A stretch of 64,000 bases of DNA from Octopus sinensis (lineage: Eukaryota), in contig NC_042997.1 in assembly GCF_006345805.1 (NCBI RefSeq), forward strand, positions 11,718,001 through 11,782,000. The letters run 5' to 3'. This document shows positions 55,813-64,000 of the stretch, one piece after another; position 1 is the stretch's first letter; every line of letters begins with the position of its first letter. The translations under genes were made by a program, and so were the position numbers. The notes below the pieces were generated by a model that did no database searches, was not told the DNA's origin, and saw only the letters and a program-made list of their open reading frames with translations.

Positions 55813-56790
55813 ATGATGCGACACTACAAATACAAAACCGAGAGGGCAACCCTCCCACAGGATGTAAACCAACAGGCTATTCAACAGGTCCGAGCTCGTG
55901 TCATCTCCTTGCGGGAAGCTTCGAGAACATTTGGCATCCCTTTAAAATCTCTGTCTCTCTACTGCACCAAGGCCACTGAAGCAAACAACAACGATCACTG
56001 TCTTTGTGGATACAAAATGCCACGGCAAGTTCTCATCGACAAGTTCGAGAATCAGTTAGAGGCTTATGTTTTGTGCTGCCGCAGAAATTTACTATGGGCT
56101 TGCTCCAAAGGATGTGCCGAAAATGGCTTTTCAGATGGCAAAGGCACATGGATGTAATATCCCTCCAACCTGGCGTGAGACAGAAATGGCAGGTGAAGAC
56201 TGGTTCTCTGGATATCTTCAACGACACAAGAACTTATCCATAAGAAGTCCACAGGCAACAAGCTTGGCACGAGCAACAAGTTTCAACAAGACAAACGTTG
56301 CTATGTTTTTCAACCAACTTGCTGAGGTGATGCTTCGGTATAAATTTGATCCATTCAATATCTACAACATGGATGAAACTGGCATAACAACTGTTCAGCC
56401 CCCGATAGAATTATTGCCAGAAAAGGAACAAAGCAAGGGGGGGGGGATGACAAGTGCGGAGAGGGGAACTCTGGTCACATTGGCATGCTGTGTAAATGCC
56501 GCTGGATACAGCATGCCACCGTTTTTTGTTTTTCCTCGGAAGAACTTTAGGCCACATTTCCTGAACAATGGACCATGATGGCAGCGATGGAGGTGCTAAT
56601 CTATCTGGTTGGATATGTGAGGAGCAGTTTGTGAAATTCCTTCAACACTTTGTGAGGAATGTGAAATGTTCAAAGCAGTCTCTTGCTGGACAATCACGAT
56701 TCCGACCTTAGTATCGAGGGGCTGACTTATGCATCAGACAATGGCATCATCATGCTTTCTTTCCCACCTCACTGCACACACAGGTTACTG
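55813..56790 (+). pseudogene. pogo/Tigger-like (CENP-B-type) DDE transposase, frameshifted and 3'-truncated
   Basis: psq-like HTH SLREASRTFGIP, AGEDWFSGYLQRH, LSIRSP, IYNMDETG, SAERG, VNAAG, LLDNHDS, FPPHCTHRL. Confidence 0.9.
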
Positions 56791-56830
56791 CATATATATA
56801 TTCATAATACATACATACACACACACACAA

Positions 56831-56868
<38 letters not shown>

Positions 56869-57611
56869 ATATAGTAGTGTATATATATACACACATATGT
56901 ATGTATCTATTGATCGATCGATCGATCTATTTATTTCAATGTATCTGTGTGTACAATGTTATCTATATTATGCCTATATATTAATATATGTATATATACA
57001 TATATACATATATACATACATACACATATACATACACACATACACACACACACACACATATATATATATACACTTCCATATACGCCTTTATATACACACT
57101 CGCACATACACTCACATACACACATCCACACACACACGCACACGCATATGCACATGCATATAGATTTGCATATCACATCTCAACGTTACAAAACTAGAAT
57201 AACCGAATAACCGAATAACCGTAGGTTGCTATAAAAACTCGAAGAATACTCCCAAGTCTAGAAATGATGACACTTTCATTCTCCTTCATTTAGTTCTCCA
57301 TTCCGTCATTCCCTCTCCCTTACCGCTTTTACTTTATCCCTTCCACTTTAGTTCAGTTCGTTATTTATTTGCTTGCCGGAAGTAATTTTAAGTTAGATTT
57401 AATAGAATACTTCTTTCTGCTTTGTATTATTATATTTATCGGTTTTCATTTTTCTTGTTTATTCAGAGGCAATTTATAATTCTCTCATTTTCCTTTTCCC
57501 TTCACTATTCTCTTTCGTCTTGTACCTGTGTTTGTGTATGTTAGTGTGTGTGTATACGTCCGGATGTTTTGCGTTCTTGTCCCATTTTGTATTTTATTTT
57601 ATATATATACA

Positions 57612-57650
<39 letters not shown>

Positions 57651-57654
<4 letters not shown>

Positions 57655-58467
57655 GAAAGAAGGTTTGAAAATGCAATTTAAAAGATGTTTATTTACTTTA
57701 CCGGTTTCACTCTTTGGAAAAAGATTATCAAAAGTAACATGTGGAAGTTTGGTTGCGTTAATTATTGGTTGTTGCAAATTGCTACATTACAAATATATAT
57801 ACAGTCTTTGGAAACAGGGACATGTTAAGGACATAAAAAAGTACAACAGTATGTTGAGAATATAAAGAGGTTTAACAAGCTCATTGAAAAAATGGGCAGA
57901 AAAGATTAAAACAAATATATTATACATCTCAGGGTAATTTCCAGGAGGAATTATTAAAAAAGTTCAGGACAGAATATTATGAATTCAAAAAGATTTACAT
58001 TAATGTAGTGGCGAGGTTGTTACTGACCTGTCCGTTTTATCAGAAATATGGAATTGAAATGGAATTCCATATTTCTGCTAAAACGGACAGGTCAGTAACA
58101 ACCTCGCCACTACATTAATGTAAATCTTTTTGAATTCATAATATTCTGTCCTGAACTTTTTAAATAATTCCTCCTGGAAATTACCCTGAGATGTATAATA
58201 TATTTGTTTTAATCTTTTCTGCCCATTTTTTCAATGAGCTTGTTAAACCTCTTTATATTCTCAACATACTGTTGTACTTTTTTATGTCCTTAACATGTCC
58301 CTGTTTCCAAAGACTGTATATATATTTGTAATGTAGCAATTTGAAACAACCAATAATTAACGCAACCAAACTTCCACATGTTACTTTTGATAATCTTTTT
58401 CCAAAGAGTGAAACCGGTAAAGTAAATAAATATCTTTTAAATTGCATTTTCAAACCTTCTTTCGTAT
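57651..58467. repeat. 817-bp near-perfect palindrome (405-bp arms, 7-nt loop)
   Basis: Arms 57651-58055 and 58063-58467; three mismatches seen; loop GAAATGG. Confidence 0.95.
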
Positions 58468-58473
58468 ATAATT

Positions 58474-58548
<75 letters not shown>

Positions 58549-58577
58549 ATATATATAAGCGATAATAAATCTCTGAA

Positions 58578-58612
<35 letters not shown>

Positions 58613-58879
58613 CATGCATATATATATATTTATAAAACTCTCTTTCTCTCTGTCTATCTATCTTTCTGTATCTGTCTGACTCTCTCTCTCTCTCTCTATA
58701 TGTTTGTGTAATTACACACACACAAACACATGGCCATATATGTTTAAGTCACCACACCTCATATACGAGTCTGGAGTTATATGCACTTTACACTTTTATC
58801 AGTTTCAGCTCGAGGTCCTTGTCCATGCTGAGGCACTACTAACTGGTGTTGCTTCAACACCTTTTATCCTCCTTTTGGC

Positions 58880-59568
58880 ATTTAGTGAACGAGAGAATTA
58901 GATGTTGCTACCCTCAGCCCATCTTCCTACCGCGACTTTAGCTTACCTGGGACTCTTGACAGTAGGAGATCCATTTTGTTTTGAAGACATCTACTACCGT
59001 ACATAAAGCGTTTTCAACTCCTTCAGGGTAGCTCTCTGTATAGATGAGGGCATACCTGAGAAGGCCACTTTGAACAGACGCAGCCCCAAGACAGTGCACT
59101 GTGAGAGACCACTCACTTCTTGTATTTGGCCGCTACTAACTGATTTCTGTCATTCAAAAGATCATTTAGCTACTTTCCTAGTTTTCCGACTATATTGAGA
59201 TCACGCAGTTTGCGACATATCATTCCATGATCGACTTTATTGAAGACCTTCGCAAAGTCGAGATGTATCACATCAATATATGAGCGGCTATGCAAATGTT
59301 TCAACACCCAGTCCTAGTGTTGTAAGAGCTGTGTCAAAGTGCTTCGTCCTGGTCGGAAACCTTGCTGGGTATCAGTTAGCAAGTAATTTTCTTTAGAGTA
59401 GGATTGGCTGTGTTGTAAATAGCTTGCTTACCAACGATATGGTTCTAGGTTCAGTCCCACTGTGTGGCACCTTGGGCACCTTGGGCAACTGTCTTCTACT
59501 ATAGCCTCGGGCCGACCAAAGCCTTGTGAGTGAATTTGGTAGACGGAAACTGAAAGAAGACCGTCGTA

Positions 59569-59616
<48 letters not shown>

Positions 59617-60200
59617 TGTGTGTGCTTGTGTATCTGTGTTTGTCCCCCCAACATTGCTTGACAACCGAATAAGTCCTGGGGTCGATTTACTCGACTAAAG
59701 GCGGCGTTCCAGCATGGCGACAGTCAAATGACTGAAACAAGTAAAAGAGTAAAATAGTAAAAGAGAGTACATGATTAGTTTCCTTCAGACTATTCGTTCC
59801 ACGACTTTGCTGATATGCGAGGTTTGAGAGAAAGACCTATAAGTTTTGGCATCCGTTCTGCTACCCACTTTATAAGTAGAGAATATTATTTCTTCCTTCA
59901 CCTTCCCTGAATCTTGTCACTTGCTAAAAAACTAAGAGCGACTGTAGTGGGTTTGCAATGGCTCGTTGTCACGATTCCAGAAGGATTGCTGGGAAGTTCA
60001 AGTTTATCTTCTCTGTGGCCCGTATTACATCTTTTATATCGTTATAATCAATTGTTACTGTCTCTATTTCACCTCTGTAGTCATAAGAATGCTGTGAAAA
60101 AAATTCTTTCAGTTTTTCACTTATTCTCAATGGGTTTCTCTTGAGGGAGCTATACTTTCAGGGGAGTGGCCCTATTCTGTAACGCATGACGTGTGTTTCT
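58880..60200 (-). pseudogene. CR1/L2-like LINE RT remnant split by a SINE A
   Basis: FPAILL, GSRTDAKTYRSFSQTSHISKVVERIV, QQGFRPGRSTLTQLL, DVIHLDFAKVFNKVDHG. Confidence 0.85.
59398..59767 (+). mobile_element. SINE A inserted in the CR1-like RT
   Basis: Homology to family A; AGAGTA on both sides; removing it restores the reading KLIMYSKENYLLTDTQQGFR. Confidence 0.9.
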
Positions 60201-60398
60201 ATGGCAAACTTAGAAAGGTCTTACGGTTTTATTTTGTATTTTCTATAATTCAGACTTATTTGTCTGCTTTCTCTCTTTCATGGGAACGTTGCAGATTTTT
60301 CTGAATCTCCAGTAGCGTAATTTTCAAGCGGGATTTTTCACTGCTATTGCGGTTTCTATATGGTTTGCAATCCTTTTACGCCGTCTCATAAGACCTCC

Positions 60399-60453
<55 letters not shown>

Positions 60454-61049
60454 ATGTGCGTTTGCGTGTGTATACATACACACATACATACATACATACA
60501 TACATACATACATACATACAAACATACATACATGTGTATGATTGTGTATTCCTCTGCATAAAAATTGCCAATTTGTTATATTTTTCCTTTCGTTTACAGC
60601 TTCAATAGTCGCACTTTAGTTTGTAATCTTGACAAAATGTCATAAACTTATAACGAAAAATGTACGATCTGTTGAACTGATGCAATTACATTATCACACA
60701 CCCATTTGATGAGATCTAAAAGGCTTAATGTTTTTCATGGTACGAAACTTGTTACTGCAATTCCCATAGTTTGGCTCTTTATTGTTTTATCCTGTTTCTC
60801 TGCGTTTCTGTCAATGATTATTGCTATCAATATAAACCTTTCCTATAATTGAAATGGATGAATCAAATTTAAACCTTTAGTCAGCTGTCGACACTTACTT
60901 TTCATTCATTTATCGATATTTATAAAACACATTTTCCCACATCTTTTTAAATAGATAAAGGAAAAGAATTTATATCTCTTCTTAATTTGGGTCTACTAAC
61001 ATAATATTACCTCCCTTGTAACTTAGTGAGTTTATAACGACGTTACTTT

Positions 61050-61380
61050 CGGTAGATGGTGACCCCCATCGGTCAGACACTGACCATGGGTTTGCACCTA
61101 GAGAGTTACCCTCTGAGGCACAAGTCTGGGCAAGGTTGTTTTATGGAAGACCAGCAGTCGCCCATGCATACCGGCCTCCCCTCTCCACATCACCGATGTT
61201 GTCCAAGGGAAAGGCAAGGGCCGATACAGCTTGGCACTCATTTCTACAGCTGAGTGAACTGAAGCAACGTGAAATAAAGTGTCTTGCTCAAGAACACAAC
61301 ACGCAGCCCGGTCCGGGATTCGAGCTCACAACCTCACGATCGTAAGCTCGACGCTCTAACCACTGAGCCACGCGCCTCAC
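61050..61380 (-). mobile_element. SINE family D (tRNA head plus TTGAGCAAGACACTT core)
   Basis: GCGCGTGGCTCAGTGGTTAGAGCG...GAGCTCGAATCCC followed by a non-tRNA body. Confidence 0.85.
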
Positions 61381-62029
61381 TGTATATTAAAAGATGGCTT
61401 GGAGCTTGCCATTACACACGTACATTAGAATGAATGATTCCCATGAGAAGTGAAACCGGTGTGTAATTATATACTTTATAATATTTAATAATGTACTTTG
61501 GTAATTATGTGCATTACAGTCGTTAATAATATATCTTGAAACGATTTGTACGTTAAAATGAACCTTGAGGTACGTAATCGAGAAAATGTCTTAACTGTAG
61601 AAATATATTCTGGATACGTTATAATATTTTGGAATTTGTAATAATATATATTGAAATGAGTTCATTGTGTTAATTTCTTTTTGGATACATATTATTACTT
61701 TTTGAAGCAATTTGATTGTAATAATGTACTTTGAAATTAATCTATTGCAACATAAAAGAAATAGCGCATTTTCGTCTTTTATTATTTTCTAACACACAGA
61801 TACGTGTGAGAATGAATGTACGTATGTGTAAAACATCAGTATTTATCCAAGGGTCTTCTTCTCTGATGTAACATCAAAATGCAACGATGTATGACATCAT
61901 CTGAAGACAACGTTTATTGTTTACTGACTTTTTCGTGAGTCTGCTTTATAGTAGTTTAGGGTTGATTTCACTGATTTTGTGTTTATTGTTACTTTTACAG
62001 TTAGCGATTCATTAATCTCCTTTCATATC

Positions 62030-62606
62030 CATCGATGAAGAATATCCAGAATAGCCCAGCATTCTTCTATGCTACCGTTACGTCAATATAAAGGTCCATC
62101 TCATGTTAGTCTTCATATTTTTCTGTGTTGACCTCCATCAACTTCCCGAAAGTATTTGTCAAAGCCATAGCAAGTCGATACTTCACTTCTGCCACTACTA
62201 CCACCACTGCTACCACTGCCCTGACTTTCACAAATCCTTTAACTCCAGCAAGGTATTTTCGGCCACACACTACTCTCTTCATACACTTGTACTACCAAAT
62301 GAAAACTTGCATCCACCTAAAAGAGATCAGCCTCTTTCCTATCATGGCTAATACATGATTTAATATCCAGCATAGATATATCTTCGAAATCTCGCATAGG
62401 TGTCACATTCTCCTGAGGGAAATGCTTCTGAACATAATTACATTTACCATTCTTTCTTCATACAATGCTTCTGGCATGAGTATTCCCTGTTCTTTGGTGA
62501 TGTATGGCTGTAATGCTTTCATCTTTTCTGACCATCATGTTGATGTCCAGAGGAAAGTGTGAACATAAGGTCGGAACAACTGTATTTTTGTTTTCACTGT
62601 CGCCAT
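62030..62606 (-). pseudogene. Possible decayed RTE-like LINE remnant
   Basis: TVKTKIQLFRPYVHTFLW is only weakly similar to RTE C-terminal motifs. Confidence 0.3.
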
Positions 62607-62679
62607 TTTTTTTATCCCTTCTGTTAATTTTCTTGTTTTTTTGATTCCCAATAACTCCTGTGTCACTGCTGTTACTGTT

Positions 62680-62775
62680 GTAAGCGTTTTATCATAAGTA
62701 TCCATATTACTTTTATTACTATTATTTTATTGTTGCTGTTCTTGTTGTTGTTATTCTACTACTACCACCACCACC

Positions 62776-62845
<70 letters not shown>

Positions 62846-62915
62846 GTAAGCGTTTTATCATAAGTATCCATATTACTTTTATTACTATTATTTTATTGTT
62901 GTTGTTGTTGTTATT

Positions 62916-62977
<62 letters not shown>

Positions 62978-63075
62978 GTAAGCGTTTTATCATAAGTATC
63001 CATATTACTTTTATTACTATTATTTTATTGTTGTTGTTCTTGTTGTTGTTATTCTACTACTACTACTACTACTAC
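62680..63075. repeat. Three-copy minisatellite with an embedded (CTA)n/(TTG)n tail
   Basis: GTAAGCGTTTTATCATAAGTATCCATATTAC at 62680, 62846 and 62978. Confidence 0.9.
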
Positions 63076-63331
63076 TTGTTGTCATCAAGGCGGCTGGCAG
63101 ATAGAATTATTATTATTGATATTATTATTATTATTATTATTGTTGTTGTTGCTGTTATTATTATTATTATTATTATTAAAGACGTCACATAGTATCCAAT
63201 ATCGTGATGTTGTTGACTGAAGATATTGTGTCTACCGGGGATTTGTACTGTCTTTCAAGTCACAATAAGGACCCCAGACAGACAGTACTTTACACAATAT
63301 GCGTGCAGTTCCAAATAATGCCGATTCTTTA

Positions 63332-63552
63332 AGGCAGCGAGCTGGCAGAATCGTTAGCACGCCAGGCGATATGCTGAGTAACATATCGTTCGTCTTTACG
63401 TTCTGAGTTCAAATTCCGCCGAGGTTATCTTTGACTTTCATCTTTTCGGAGTCGATAAATGAAATACCAGTGAAACACTGGGGTCGATGTAATCGACTTG
63501 TCCCTTCCCTCTAGAATTTCAGGCCTTGGGCCTTTGGTAGAAAATATTATTA
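63332..63552 (+). mobile_element. SINE B variant
   Basis: Same head and alternative tail as 40170-40396. Confidence 0.8.
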
Positions 63553-64000
63553 TCATTACTATTAATCGACAGGGATGGAATCCACAGAGATGGAAAATTA
63601 GAAGAATCGGTAGAGTACGTTATGAAATGCCTCACAGCATCTGCTTACGTTCTTCAATTCAGAGTTCACTATTCTGAGAGGAAAGACTTTGCATTTCATA
63701 TTTTCGTGCATATAACATATGAAGCTAGTTAGATTTATTCAACCGTCCACTTCCCCGAGAAGCACGATCATATACCTATGTTAAAAATTGTTATTGCTAT
63801 TCTCAATCCAGTGAAGCGGCAATATTGATGGTGCGCCAGACCCAATACCTTGAAGTATTTAGTTACGTTCGATATGCCTTTGAGCTTTCCCAGGTCTATA
63901 AAGTAAGTACCAGTCCAGAAGTTACATCAGTTTAATCGAATTTATTCTACCCGGAAATTTGTGGTCTTATGTCATTGTTTGAAATCGTTGTTATTAATAT

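Noticed and set aside
62680-63075. CRISPR-like repeat and spacer appearance
   Set aside because: The intervening sequences are microsatellite, not unique spacers; the context is eukaryotic with no cas genes.

Overview
This is AT-rich animal genomic DNA, very rich in microsatellites, with a 100-N gap at 3697-3796. The SINE and microsatellite make-up suggests an octopus/cephalopod genome (inference, not verified). I can support no host protein-coding exon, rRNA, true tRNA or CRISPR array, so the window looks intronic or intergenic. Nearly all listed ORFs are translations of (TA)n, (CA)n, (TACA)n or (AAT)n arrays. Identified content: about 30 copies of four tRNA-headed SINE families with interchangeable modules; a full-length but decayed Tc1 element with TIRs; Tc1, mariner, pogo-like and Chapaev3-like transposase remnants; RTE, CR1-like and RLE-type LINE remnants; Penelope-like (PLE) fragments; and two Helentron/HINE-like elements. 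The most notable unexplained structure is a set of minimal type I hammerhead ribozyme motifs on the minus strand near PLE debris, one fully canonical at 36563-36613. Also notable are several fold-back palindromes, including an 817-bp one with a template-switch footprint, and an RLE retroelement arrayed inside a (TACA)n microsatellite. Coordinates and translations were derived by hand, and many element boundaries are approximate.
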